DNA of 64,000 nt from a virus, in IMG/VR virus record IMGVR_UViG_3300001336_000010, positions 11,286 to 75,285 of that record. One strand, written 5' to 3'. A program made the translations under genes and the position numbers. Shown piece after piece: positions 54,801 through 64,000 of this stretch. The notes beneath the pieces were generated by a model. It was not told where the DNA came from. It saw nothing but the letters and a program-made list of their open reading frames with translations, and did not search any database. The stretch's first letter is position 1. Each line of letters starts with the position of its first letter.

Positions 54801-57216
54801 GGCCGAGACGGCCGCGGAAGTTGCCGATCTGCGGAGCAAGACAGCAGAAGCCCGGATCAAGGCCGAGCAGGCCAAGACCGAGAACCCCGCCGATGTTCGT
54901 CGCAAGGGCAACGCGCTGCTGATGAACCTCAAGAACCAGCAGGAAGCCGAAGAGGCGGGCCTGCTATCTGAATTCGATCAGGAAACAGGCTCCTCGGAAT
55001 ACCAGGCGCAGCTGGCCCAGATCCGCGAGGACTATGCGCGCCAGAGAGAGGAAACAGAGAGCGAAACCATCGATCACCTGAAGCGTGTCCAGGATCTTCA
55101 GATCAAGCATGACGAACAGCAGATCGAGAACCTGCGCAGCCAGATCGGGGAAACCCGTGATCCAGAGGTCCGGGCGTCCCTGCGTGAAGAGATTGCTGCC
55201 CTGCTGAATGGTATTGCTGGTATGCGACTGAGCCAGGAGGCCCTCGCTTCCGAAGGCGATGCGGCCCTTCGCAACCGCATGGCTGAGCTGGACGCAGACC
55301 TTAGCCAGGCTCTCAAGGAGCTGGATGAAGCAAACGCCGAAGATGTCACAAACCTCCGCATCAAGACTGAGCAAATTCGGGCGAGTGCCGAGGCCACGCG
55401 ACTTCAACTGGCACAATCTGACACCGAAGACCCTGATCAGATCCGCGCGCTTGGCGCCGACCGTCTGACTAATGCCTCCCGCTCCCAGAGCCTCGCGGAA
55501 GAAGTTCTTCGCAACAAGCCTGGACAGGATGTCTCCTCGAGCATCTTCAAGGCAGAGCTGGCAGCGCTGGAACAGGAAGCCCAGGAACAGAACCGTCGGA
55601 TCGAGGAAGAGACCGAGCAGCACCTCAGCCGGGTGGCTGACCTGAACATCAGGTCTATGGACATCCAACTCCAGCAACTGGAACGGGCGGTTGATAGATC
55701 GGGGGACGAGGACGAGCGGACCCAATTGCGTGACGAGATCGTTGATCTGGTCACCCGGCGGGCGGAAGCCTTGAAGGAGCAAGTCTACCTCCTGGTTGAT
55801 GCCGGGATCGAACAGGACAACATGATCGCCGAGATCGAGAACGACCTCTTGGCCGATCTCGAGGCTATCGAAGAAGCCAACCGCATAGACGACCTGGCCA
55901 TTGCCCAACGCAATACCCAGGCCGCGAAGGATGCCCTGGATGCCGTTATGCGCCTGGGCGACGACGCCAAGACGCATGCCGAGAACGCCTCCTGGTACCA
56001 GAAAGTCATCAAGGCCGCGAAGAATTGGGCCGATGCTCTACGCGCGGAAGCTGCGATCGCAGCCGAGGGAGACGGGGTCGGCGACGATACCGCTGGTGAC
56101 GCGGACACAGCCATCGGCAAGCTCTTCGAGGGGGTAGAAGACCGGCGGGATAGAAACGCCTCGCGGATCAACCGGGGCGGCCGTGGGGGCGGCCGTGGGG
56201 GCGGCCGGAACAAAAAAGATGAAGTCGACGAGCTGATCGAGAACCTCAAGGCCAAGATAGGGGCTGCTGAAAGCCTGATCGCGGCCGGCGAGGTCAGCAA
56301 CATCGAACTCGATAGCACCCTGAGCATGGCCGAAGACAAGCTGGGCGTCATCATCGGCCAGATCGGTACGATGCAGGACAAGCTGAACGCTGGAACCCTG
56401 ACCAGCGCCGAGCAGGAGAAGTTGAATGAGCTGGTCGATCAGCAGGCCAAGCTGACCTCTTTCATTGCGGCCGAGGAAATGCGGATCGCCCAGATCAAGA
56501 TGGAGCAGGGCCGCATCCAGGAAGGCATCCTGATGACGGTGCAGTCCTGGGCTCGGGAGAACATGTCGGTGACCCAGACCATCCAGGATGGGGTCGTCAA
56601 CGTCCTGGGCAACGCCAAGGGGGCAATCTCGACCTTCTTCACCGAGTGGGCAAACGGAACAAAGAGCGGCAAGGACGCCTTCCGCGACATGGCGTCCTCT
56701 GTCATCAAGTCGGTCCAGAACATCTTTGCAGAGATGATGGCCCTCTGGGTGCTGCAGAAGCTGATCGGGTTTGCCTTTCCTGGGGCGCAGAAGTCTGGCA
56801 GCTTTGGCGCTCTGGCGCGCAGCTCTGTCGGCTTGCGTGAAGGGGGAGACGTAAAGAAGGCCGCGGACGGCACACATGTGAAGGGCAACCTGAACCGGGA
56901 CAGCCAGCGATACGATCTCATGCCTGGGGAATACGTCCTGCGCCGGTCGGCTGTCCAAGCCATTGGGGTCGATCAGCTCGACAGCCTGAACGCCCTTGGC
57001 AACCGCACCGTCCAATCAGCAGGCCACCAGGGAGCTGCCTCCAACCAGCAAAAGACCTCGGCCCCCGGCCGGGACATGAACATCTACCTGGTTGACGAAA
57101 GATCACAGGCCACGGGCCTCGGCCCGAGCGATGTGATCGCGGTGATCTCTGATGACATCTCCCGCGGCGGCACGACCAAGAAGCTGATCAAGTCCGTCCA
57201 GATAGGAGCTGTGTGA
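51829..57216 (+). CDS. Tape measure protein
   Basis: 1795 aa helical, TP901-like core (LGQAGFS, LQYAG, ANAGIRSG.TLGT). Confidence 0.92.
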   Translation: MATGNNSGNGSTRLEIGPSTRSQSDIQKFLTVLRNIEKTVSETTAKFNLMGLGLDRSSKTLGEMKAQMQQFKLLSQSIERNSIMQSPGRYFQGQQFQAAQRVERTSRLGTNTGQEIALQKEGLALAKEGARYYRQRNMQQRVFNLDLQATTESFRKIQTIQKARQISEAALVRMGGEVQQGNTAAARASERLHRLAEARVRMLQNEAKVAKDLTRETEKRAAAIRKSALGDRQLEEAKRQERRRMINGDGGASLFMIQASIMANYVAMNALRQSVTGGIEFAGQLDESLRNLQAITVVTDTNLGELKTEILAVSEATKFFATDIADAAVTLGQAGFSTKEIKDSIRAVALLATATGTDLKRSVDLATSILGVFKMESAQMTGVANTLTAAVNNSKLNLDKLALGLQYAGNTAAQSGVSFEELTASLGAMANAGIRSGSTLGTGMRQIMISLQKPSGNFKDTLDRLGISMGDVSLQGNGLYGVMRNLKEGGFTAADAIRSFEVRAAAAFNALSNNLGDVVKLERAFLNSAAAAKANETQMRAVTNQGRRFQANLQALVSTGLEPMVYFLRDVFDWSASLFESWRSAPGVIRGVTTGIVALGTSLLVARTAYLALNVLGIISGFKALKIAILGVATAGAVAGSMIAPLAIAVIGVASALGMAYMAHQSYTDEINRSNDATRRAQTEFDNLTGASEATASQIGMVEDRIKSLTDRSKMLNSENLLLQLEADKVREQFHEMGLELGENVNSVDDLVEALTRLQEKLSGEYVLNLGKSVEGLENLLEAYEKQYKTLMGEGAIGEIINNRGYSEAYRNAGAGAAVEGAQLALTPGASMTDLQNARSMMMNAREADGAHQGLQKHMDQALDQINKMIEIRQTIMSLSHELNDMTRTQADAINRQENPGIVAAAAAMEITNDSRVAEAAATGSGPVAQFTNARSELKTIEGEAEALIEQIKTNEDLNEAVKKDLIQTVENSLTSVRLSVANMGDAAREVAETAAEVADLRSKTAEARIKAEQAKTENPADVRRKGNALLMNLKNQQEAEEAGLLSEFDQETGSSEYQAQLAQIREDYARQREETESETIDHLKRVQDLQIKHDEQQIENLRSQIGETRDPEVRASLREEIAALLNGIAGMRLSQEALASEGDAALRNRMAELDADLSQALKELDEANAEDVTNLRIKTEQIRASAEATRLQLAQSDTEDPDQIRALGADRLTNASRSQSLAEEVLRNKPGQDVSSSIFKAELAALEQEAQEQNRRIEEETEQHLSRVADLNIRSMDIQLQQLERAVDRSGDEDERTQLRDEIVDLVTRRAEALKEQVYLLVDAGIEQDNMIAEIENDLLADLEAIEEANRIDDLAIAQRNTQAAKDALDAVMRLGDDAKTHAENASWYQKVIKAAKNWADALRAEAAIAAEGDGVGDDTAGDADTAIGKLFEGVEDRRDRNASRINRGGRGGGRGGGRNKKDEVDELIENLKAKIGAAESLIAAGEVSNIELDSTLSMAEDKLGVIIGQIGTMQDKLNAGTLTSAEQEKLNELVDQQAKLTSFIAAEEMRIAQIKMEQGRIQEGILMTVQSWARENMSVTQTIQDGVVNVLGNAKGAISTFFTEWANGTKSGKDAFRDMASSVIKSVQNIFAEMMALWVLQKLIGFAFPGAQKSGSFGALARSSVGLREGGDVKKAADGTHVKGNLNRDSQRYDLMPGEYVLRRSAVQAIGVDQLDSLNALGNRTVQSAGHQGAASNQQKTSAPGRDMNIYLVDERSQATGLGPSDVIAVISDDISRGGTTKKLIKSVQIGAV

Positions 57217-57599
57217 TGGAGACCTTTCCCTGCCTCTACTTCCTGAGCTCGACCCGGTACCCCCAATCAGGGGTCCGGATCCAGCTGGGCAACAGCTACC
57301 AGTTCAACACCCCACCGGAGGCCCCGGACCAGAGGATATTCGTCCTGAAACTGGCAGGCCTGCAATACCTGGTCACGGAGCAAGGGCAGATCGACACTGT
57401 CTCTAAACCCGAGCGGAACATGGCCGTGTTGGAGCTTTTCTACAACCAGCACAAGCTGGCCTACAGCTTCATTTTCAACCACCCGGTTTACGGCCCTGTC
57501 ACCTGCAAATTCAACAAGCCCCTTGAAATCCCCGACGGGATCGTCGGCGGGAATGGGGTTCTTTCCGAGCTCACCGTCGAGCTGATTGAGGAACCATGA
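57213..57599 (+). CDS. Distal tail protein (gpM-like)
   Basis: Directly after tape measure. Confidence 0.65.
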   Translation: MMETFPCLYFLSSTRYPQSGVRIQLGNSYQFNTPPEAPDQRIFVLKLAGLQYLVTEQGQIDTVSKPERNMAVLELFYNQHKLAYSFIFNHPVYGPVTCKFNKPLEIPDGIVGGNGVLSELTVELIEEP

Positions 57600-58084
57600 G
57601 AACTGACATCCCAAGCTCTATTCAGCAGAGCATCCACGAGCTGGCCCCTGACGCACTGGTCCATCTCTACAAGATCGAACTGACTGACGAGACGACCATC
57701 CGGCTCTCGCCCAAGGGGGAAGTTGTCTGGCAGGGAAACACTTTCGAACCAGTCCCCTGCCACCTCACCGAGATCTCTCAGGACGCTGACGGCAAGCGGT
57801 CGCGGCCCAAGTTCACGTTCGCCAACCCTCAAGGCTTGTTCTCGAAGGAGATCTACGACCGCAAGCTCGATAATGCCATACTGACCCGATATCGGATCAT
57901 TCAGGCAGACCTGGTTGCAGATATGGACTTCGCGCTCACCGAGCAGTTCCGGGTGACGCGGGTCGTCAACGTCAGCAACATGACGGCCACGGTCGAGATG
58001 CGCAGCGCCATGGACGGCCATAACTTCAAGCTGCCGGCCAGGGCTTACTATCCCCCGGAGTTCCCCCATGTCAAACTTCAGTAA
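57596..58084 (+). CDS. Minor tail protein (gpL-like)
   Basis: VWQGNTFEP.P, RPKFTFAN, KLPAR. Confidence 0.7.
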   Translation: MRTDIPSSIQQSIHELAPDALVHLYKIELTDETTIRLSPKGEVVWQGNTFEPVPCHLTEISQDADGKRSRPKFTFANPQGLFSKEIYDRKLDNAILTRYRIIQADLVADMDFALTEQFRVTRVVNVSNMTATVEMRSAMDGHNFKLPARAYYPPEFPHVKLQ

Positions 58085-58634
58085 TCTGGTCGGTCTTCCC
58101 TATATCGATGGTCTACAGGACTGCTACTCTGTGGGGCGGCGATACTATTCCCAGGTCTGGGGCCTGGAACTGCCGAACATCGCAAGACCCCACCGGTTCT
58201 GGGACGACCCTGATCTCGATCTGTATTCGATGTATCAGCGCTATGGGTTCCAGCCCGTGTTCGATGACACCCCGCAGATCGGTGACGCGGTGCTGATGCC
58301 TATCCTGTCGCGGATGAACAACCATGCGGGGTTCGTGGTCGAGGACAATCAGATCCTGCACCACTTGCCAAACCAACTCAGTTGCGTTGACCGGCTGCGT
58401 CCCAAGTGGATGCCCCGGGTCACCGTCCAGCTTCGCCACCCGGCCATTCAAGAGGCCCAGGCCAAGCAGAAAGAAACAGTCCATCTTCACGAGGTCATTG
58501 ATGCTGACGTTTTCCGAGATCCAAGAGTTCAAGAAGAAATTGACCGGGTTCTGGAGTCCGAGCGTCGAAAGATGCGGGGTCATAACCCCAGAGATGGTGG
58601 TGGTGGAGACGCCGAACCATCATCCAACGCCTGA
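58068..58634 (+). CDS. NlpC/P60 domain tail protein
   Basis: GLPY.DG.QDCYS, NHAG, ILHH. Confidence 0.8.
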   Translation: MSNFSNLVGLPYIDGLQDCYSVGRRYYSQVWGLELPNIARPHRFWDDPDLDLYSMYQRYGFQPVFDDTPQIGDAVLMPILSRMNNHAGFVVEDNQILHHLPNQLSCVDRLRPKWMPRVTVQLRHPAIQEAQAKQKETVHLHEVIDADVFRDPRVQEEIDRVLESERRKMRGHNPRDGGGGDAEPSSNA

Positions 58635-58866
58635 AGCAAATTTCGAGTTTCTGATGGAGGAACTCGAAGGGGCGATTGGGACGTTCCACAGTCATCCCGA
58701 TGGAACCGCAAATCTGTCTATTGACGACTACAGATTTTTCCAGTCGTGGCCAAATCAATCTCACTTCATTATTTCAATGGACGAAGTAAGGTGCTATCTA
58801 GTCTGTGGAGGCTTGATTTACCTTGTCACAGAAGAAAAAGATTATCCTGCACGGCCACCTGGCTGA
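58501..58866 (+). CDS. JAB/MPN domain tail protein
   Basis: ERCGVI, FHSHP...LSIDD. Confidence 0.78.
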   Translation: MLTFSEIQEFKKKLTGFWSPSVERCGVITPEMVVVETPNHHPTPEANFEFLMEELEGAIGTFHSHPDGTANLSIDDYRFFQSWPNQSHFIISMDEVRCYLVCGGLIYLVTEEKDYPARPPG

Positions 58867-59554
58867 GAAGTATCCCCACGAGATCACTGTCGAGGCCGAC
58901 ACTGTCGCCGAAGCCCTGCGGTCTCTTTCCACCATCCCCGAGCTACAGCCCCCGTCAGGCACCCCCTGGCCGGTGACCGTTCGCAATGTGTCGAACGAGA
59001 TCGCCCTGTTTTCTGAGACATCGCTAGAGGAAATCCACGTCTACCCCCGGACCGGCGGCGCCAAGAAGGGGGGCCTGATGCAGGTTCTTCTCGGCGTTGT
59101 TCTTGTGGCGGTCGCAGTCATCAACCCGGTCGGGGCCATGGGGCTTCTGGGCCAGGTTGGCGTCACCCAAGGCATGCTTTTCACAGCCGGTGCGATGATG
59201 GCCCTCGGTGGGGTGCTTCAGATGTTGATGCCCACTCCTCAGGGTATGGAGGGTCAGAACGGGGACTCCTCTAAGTATCTCTCCGCGTCGGGCAACACCG
59301 TCCAGATCGGCACCCGCATCACCCTGGCCTATGGCAACAATCGAATTGGGGGCCACTATCTCTCCTTCGATGTCGATGCCGTCGATTGGGCCGGTGAGGA
59401 CACCGAGGAGGGGGAAGTCTCCCTCGTCGGGAACAACGTATTTGTCGAGCATGACAAGACCCCGGTCCCGACCGTCCCGGTCCAACCCGTATTCAATTCC
59501 CCCGTGACCGGCCCGTCCAACGTGCCGGTATCAGCATGGAGCGCCGCCGTATGA
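58823..59554 (+). CDS. Tail assembly protein (gpI-like)
   Basis: LHGHLA..TVAEALR, GAKKGG, hydrophobic segment, LAYG..RIGGH. Confidence 0.78.
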   Translation: MSQKKKIILHGHLAEKYPHEITVEADTVAEALRSLSTIPELQPPSGTPWPVTVRNVSNEIALFSETSLEEIHVYPRTGGAKKGGLMQVLLGVVLVAVAVINPVGAMGLLGQVGVTQGMLFTAGAMMALGGVLQMLMPTPQGMEGQNGDSSKYLSASGNTVQIGTRITLAYGNNRIGGHYLSFDVDAVDWAGEDTEEGEVSLVGNNVFVEHDKTPVPTVPVQPVFNSPVTGPSNVPVSAWSAAV

Positions 59555-62500
59555 AGAAGCTCACCGGATCGAAGATGGGCGGGAGCGGCAGCTCCCCTAC
59601 GACCACCCCGGACACATTGCTGTCGCGGGACGTTGTCGAATTCCAGCTCGGCGTCTGTGAAGGGCCGATTGCTGGCCTGGTCAACGGTCCGAAGAGCTTT
59701 TATCTGGACGACACCCCACTGGTTTCACCTTCCGGCGAGAACAATTTCAACCCCTTCGAGCTTCATGTATATCACGGGGATGCCTCGGCATCGCGGATCT
59801 ACAACGTCCTCGGCGGGACCACTTCCAACACCCAAGTGGGGGTGTCCCTGGCCCAGGATACGCCGGTTGTGCGGACCACCCCCGCGGCCCTTCGTGGAAA
59901 CATCGACCGGCTCGAGGTGCGGATCTATTTCAACAGCCTGCTTCGGTCGAACGAGCGGGGCGACCAGTTGGAAGAGACGGCCCAATTCACCCTGAAATAT
60001 CGCAAGGCCGGTGACCTGGAGTGGAAGCCTTTCTTCGAAACCCAGGACGGGGTCGGAGGCGTCTATGAGGCCACCACCCAGAGTGGTCTTGGGGATCGCG
60101 GTTCGCCTGCTCGTAGGACCACAACTGAAACTGAACTGGCCGAAGAGGGAACAATCGAGTTTCCGGACGAGATCAGCTCCGTCACACTTTCTGGTGGAAC
60201 AGCCGACAGCTCTCGCCCTGGGTTTGATCATTCCAAGGTTGGAACCTACGGCACACTGTTCTTCAACACCACGACCGGAGACTATCTCCTAGAGCCGGAT
60301 TATGACGCTCTGGAAACCGCGCCATACCCAGCACTGGACACTTTCGAGATCTCGGCCACGGGGCCGGGCAACTTTTTCTTTGATGGGGTGCTGAAGTTCA
60401 AGCAGCGCCACTCGCAGATCATGAGCCTGACCGGCAAGACCACCAGCGGTTACGCCAAGGAGTTCGTGCGAGGTGTCCCCAGGATCGACGATGACTGGGA
60501 AATCCAGCTGACCAAGATCAGCCCGGACAACGAGGAATTCTCCACGATCAACATGACCTGGGAGAGCTTCCAGTCGGTCACGACCGAAGACCGCTCCTAC
60601 GACAACCTGGCAGTGGTCCGGGGGCTGGGGCAGGCGTCCGATCAGTTCTCTGGGATCCCTCGTTTCTCAGGTGTCTATGGCTGCCTCATGGTCAAGGTGC
60701 CCTCGAACTATGACCCGATCACGCGCCACTACGACGGTCCTTGGGATGGCACGTTCAAGATCGCTCATACCGACAATCCGGCCTGGTGTCTCTACGACCT
60801 GGCAATGAACACCCGCTATGGCCTGAAATACCACTACCCGCACCTGAAGGCAGACCGCTTTTCGTTCTACGAAGCTGCCCAGTGGTGCGATGTCCTCGTG
60901 CCACGTCCTGGTGGTGGCTACCAGCCGCGCTTCACCTACAACGACAAGATCGAGCAGCCACGTGACGCGATCGAGCTCTTCTACCAGATCGCGGCCATCT
61001 TTGGCGGCGTCCCGATCGAAGACCTCAATGGCACCATCAGCATCAAGGTGGACAAACCCGGCAACCCGGTCCAGATCTTCGGCCCGGAAAGCATCACAGC
61101 CGACGGCTTCCAGTATGCCTTCACCGACGTGTCTCAGCGCCCGAATGATCTCCAGGTCAAGTTCCTGAACCCCGGGTTGAATTTCGAAACTGACGTGCGG
61201 CAGGTTTTCGATCAGGAGCTCATCGACAGCCAGGGCCGGATCCCTGACGAGATGGTGGCTTTGGGCTGCAACGATCCCTTTGAAGCCCAGCGCAGGGGTT
61301 TTCGCCGCCTGCTCCAGGCCAACACCGAGATCACCACGGTCACTTTCCAGACGGCCCGGATGGGCCTGGGTCTGCAGTCCTTCGATCTGATTGGCATTGT
61401 CGATCCGCAAATGCGTTGGGGTGTCAGCGGCAGGATCAAGGCCCAGAATGGTAATAGCATCCTGCTGCGTGATCCCTTGTTCCTGCCTGTGGATCAGGAT
61501 CTTGAATTCCAAATACAGACCCCTTCGGGGATCCACAGTCTCCAGGTTCAGGCCAACCAACCCGCGGCCACGGAGCTGACCATCGTTTCAGGCACCTGGC
61601 CCTCGGATGCGCCGGCCCGGGCCCAGTTCGCGATCCTGTCGCCCGAGACCGGTCTCGTGAAGCCGTTCCGGATCATGACCATTACCGAGAACTCCGAGAG
61701 CCCAGAGCTGCTGACCATCACCGCTCTGGAATACAACGTGAACAAGCACTCGGATGCCGACAACCTGGTATCCTCGGGCACGATCAACTATCAAGCCAAT
61801 CTTGCTGACCGGCCGGCACGGCCGCGGATCTACAACGTCGAAAGCGGCAATGACCTCATCCGGCTTTCCGCCGACGGTACGGTCACACCGCGCGTCCTGG
61901 TCCAGTGGGAACAACCCCCCTCCAGCTTTGTCGAGAACTTCGAACTGAACTACCGCGTCCAGGGAGACGGCTCGGAACTGCAGACCCGTATGGTCACGGG
62001 ACGCCAGGCATATATCGATGGTCTGGCTGAGGGTCAGGTGGTTGAGATTTCGGTAATAGCCATCAACATGCTGGGCCGCAAAAGCCCCCCGTCGAGCCAG
62101 AACATCCATACGGTTTCTGGCAAGACCACTGAGCCGACCCCTCCCGAGAACTGGCGCGTGGTTCCTGACGCATATTCCCTGGCCCTGACTGGTCAACCCA
62201 GCCCGGATCGGGATTTCAGCCACTATGAGTTCTATGGGGTGCCGGCCGAGGGCGAACCGGTTTTCCTCGATCAATCTGACAGCACCCGGTTCGTCTACAC
62301 CCCCGAGGACAGCGACGACTTCGACCACTTCGACATCGTGGCGGTCAACCGGTCTGGTATCCGCAGCGCTGCGTATTCCCTGATGAACCAGGCACTGCTC
62401 CAGATTGAATCTGGCAAGCTGGGGGAGAGCGTCACGACCCTGATTGACGATGCCTCCCAGAGTGCGCTTGAAGACAAGATCGCAGCGGTCGAGGCCGCGG

Positions 62501-64000
62501 GAGAAGCCTTCGATAACGCCGAGGCTGCGATCGATGCCTCGCTGGCCGCGGCCACCGCCCGGGACCAGGCCGTAGGGGCAAAGGAAGCCGTCGATCTGGC
62601 CAAGGCCGCAGCTGATGCTTTCGCCGCTGCAGCGGACAGCTCCAGCACTGACGCGACTGTTGCAAAGAACGAGTCCGAGGCCGCGCGTGACGCCGCAGAA
62701 CTGGCTCGGGACGCGGCCGACGCACTGGCCTCGTCGGCCTCTGATGCCAGTGTTGCCGCCGATCTGGCCAAGGATGCTGCTGAAGCTTTCGCCGACTCGG
62801 CCTCTGGTTCGAGCGCTGCCGCTGATCTGGCCAAAGTGGCCACCGAAGCTTTCGCGGCTTCGGCCGAGACTGCCAGTGGGGTTGCCGCTGATGCCCGGGA
62901 CGCTGCTGAGGCTTTCGCCAATTCGGCCTCCGGTTCCAGTGACCAAGCCGACCTCGCCAAGGCAGCGGCTGAAGCTTTCGCCAGTGACGCTTCCACGGCC
63001 AAGGATGCTGCTGAGACCGCCAGCGGTCTGTCGGCTACGGCCCGAGATGCCGCTGAGGCATTCGCCTCCGCGGCCTCCGGCGCCAGCGATGCAGCTTCAC
63101 TGGCTCAAGATGCCGCTGAAGCGGCAGCCCTTCTGGCAGATACTGCCAAGGGGGCCTCGCAGACGGCTCGGGACGAGTCCCAGGCCGCGCGGGATGCAGC
63201 TGAACTTTCCCAGGCGGCTGCACTGGCTTCCGAAAACAGTGCCTCCAACTCGGCCAGCGAAAGCGCTACCTCGGAGACCAATGCGGCGGCATCAGAAAGC
63301 GCTGCCGCGTCCTCAGCCACCACCGCTGCCACGGCTGCCAACGAGGCTGGCGACAGCGCAACGGCTGCTGCTTCGAGCGCCTCGACCGCGTCCACGAAGG
63401 CCACCGAGGCCAGCCAGTCGGCGAGTGCCGCAGAAGTATCCCTCCTGGCCGCAGAGACGGCCCAGGCCGGGGCCGAAACCGCTGAGACCAATGCAGCGAC
63501 CTCGGAAACGAACGCAGCTGGCTCCTCAGCTTCCGCTTCCAGTTCTGCCACGAACGCTGCCAGCTCCGCGAGTGACGCTGGCGACAGCGCTGACGCGGCT
63601 TCGACCAGTGCTTCGACCGCTTCCACGAAGGCGACCGAGGCCAGCCAGTCCGCTGAAGCTTCTGAAACAGCCCAGCTGGCTGCAGAGACCGCCAAGGCTG
63701 GGGCCGAAACCGCTGAGACCAACGCGGCGCGGCCAACTCCGCGAATGAAGCCGGCGACAGCGCTGACGCGGCGTCGACCAGTGCTTCGACCGCTTCCACG
63801 AAGGCGGATGAGGCCAGCCAGTCTGCAACCGCAGCCACCACGGCCAAGAACGCGGCCGAGACGGCCCAGGCCGGGGCCGAAACCGCCGAGACCAATGCGG
63901 CGACCTCGGAAACGAACGCGGAAGGGTCCGCAGCTTCGGCGGGCACGTCGGCCACCAACGCGGCCAACTCCGCAAACGCGGCTGGTGACAGCGCTGATGC
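59551..64000 (+). CDS. Tail tip/central fibre protein (gpJ-like), incomplete, with Ala/Ser-rich repeats and frameshift near 63730
   Basis: Manual translation: GVCEGPIAGL, KVPSNYDP, WDGTFK..TDNPAWCLYD; absent from ORF track because no stop within the window. Confidence 0.88.
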   Translation, partial: MKKLTGSKMGGSGSSPTTTPDTLLSRDVVEFQLGVCEGPIAGLVNGPKSFYLDDTPLVSPSGENNFNPFELHVYHGDASASRIYNVLGGTTSNTQVGVSLAQDTPVVRTTPAALRGNIDRLEVRIYFNSLLRSNERGDQLEETAQFTLKYRKAGDLEWKPFFETQDGVGGVYEATTQSGLGDRGSPARRTTTETELAEEGTIEFPDEISSVTLSGGTADSSRPGFDHSKVGTYGTLFFNTTTGDYLLEPDYDALETAPYPALDTFEISATGPGNFFFDGVLKFKQRHSQIMSLTGKTTSGYAKEFVRGVPRIDDDWEIQLTKISPDNEEFSTINMTWESFQSVTTEDRSYDNLAVVRGLGQASDQFSGIPRFSGVYGCLMVKVPSNYDPITRHYDGPWDGTFKIAHTDNPAWCLYDLAMNTRYGLKYHYPHLKADRFSFYEAAQWCDVLVPRPGGGYQPRFTYNDKIEQPRDAIELFYQIAAIFGGVPIEDLNGTISIKVDKPGNPVQIFGPESITADGFQYAFTDVSQRPNDLQVKFLNPGLNFETDVRQVFDQELIDSQGRIPDEMVALGCNDPFEAQRRGFRRLLQANTEITTVTFQTARMGLGLQSFDLIGIVDPQMRWGVSGRIKAQNGNSILLRDPLFLPVDQDLEFQIQTPSGIHSLQVQANQPAATELTIVSGTWPSDAPARAQFAILSPETGLVKPFRIMTITENSESPELLTITALEYNVNKHSDADNLVSSGTINYQANLADRPARPRIYNVESGNDLIRLSADGTVTPRVLVQWEQPPSSFVENFELNYRVQGDGSELQTRMVTGRQAYIDGLAEGQVVEISVIAINMLGRKSPPSSQNIHTVSGKTTEPTPPENWRVVPDAYSLALTGQPSPDRDFSHYEFYGVPAEGEPVFLDQSDSTRFVYTPEDSDDFDHFDIVAVNRSGIRSAAYSLMNQALLQIESGKLGESVTTLIDDASQSALEDKIAAVEAAGEAFDNAEAAIDASLAAATARDQAVGAKEAVDLAKAAADAFAAAADSSSTDATVAKNESEAARDAAELARDAADALASSASDASVAADLAKDAAEAFADSASGSSAAADLAKVATEAFAASAETASGVAADARDAAEAFANSASGSSDQADLAKAAAEAFASDASTAKDAAETASGLSATARDAAEAFASAASGASDAASLAQDAAEAAALLADTAKGASQTARDESQAARDAAELSQAAALASENSASNSASESATSETNAAASESAAASSATTAATAANEAGDSATAAASSASTASTKATEASQSASAAEVSLLAAETAQAGAETAETNAATSETNAAGSSASASSSATNAASSASDAGDSADAASTSASTASTKATEASQSAEASETAQLAAETAKAGAETAETNAARPTPRMKPATALTRRRPVLRPLPRRRMRPASLQPQPPRPRTRPRRPRPGPKPPRPMRRPRKRTRKGPQLRRARRPPTRPTPQTRLVTALM
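62590..64000 (+). repeat. Coding repeats: about 63-bp then 231-bp units
   Basis: GA(A/G)GCTTTCGC at 62782/62845/62908/62971; GG(C/T)GACAGCGC at 63349/63580/63753/63984. Confidence 0.85.

Noticed and set aside
56170-56210. RGGRGGGRGGGR in tape measure as RNA-binding domain
   Set aside because: Gly/Arg linkers are common in tape measures
1-64000. Diversity-generating retroelement, hypermodified-base pathway or lysis cassette
   Set aside because: No reverse transcriptase, purZ/queuosine-type genes or endolysin recognised; may lie outside the window

Overview
The window is most of a tailed dsDNA phage genome (long non-contractile tail gene set; GapR and MucR homologues point to an alphaproteobacterial, probably Rhodobacteraceae-like, host). 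1-14.7 kb (- strand): nucleotide metabolism and replication (NrdA partial, NrdB, MazG-like, ThyX, dNMP kinase, SbcC/SbcD-like pair, DEDD exonuclease, RecU-like resolvase, GapR, family A polymerase, SF2 helicase). 14.7-33.3 kb (almost all - strand): early/accessory region (broken integrase plus Xis-like gene, KTSC, truncated MucR, GP88, HD hydrolase, C5 methyltransferase with a restriction-enzyme remnant, ATP-dependent ligase, RadC, T7 gp0.7-like kinase), apparently with many internal deletions. 33.4-35.9 kb: largely non-coding control region with tandem repeats, an AT-rich dyad and palindromes (candidate terminus/origin). 35.9-38.9 kb: primase-helicase. 39-64 kb (+ strand): terminase, portal, head, tail and an unfinished tail-tip protein. 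The best hunt candidates are (i) nine copies of an ATCC-loop-GGAT-NNN-start hairpin that buries the Shine-Dalgarno of early/replication genes, (ii) a palindromic ATTTCNNGAAAT site in 9 exact copies, and (iii) a MucR that keeps its oligomerisation end but has lost DNA-binding features (possible counter-silencer). All product calls come from motif recognition by eye; no database search was run.
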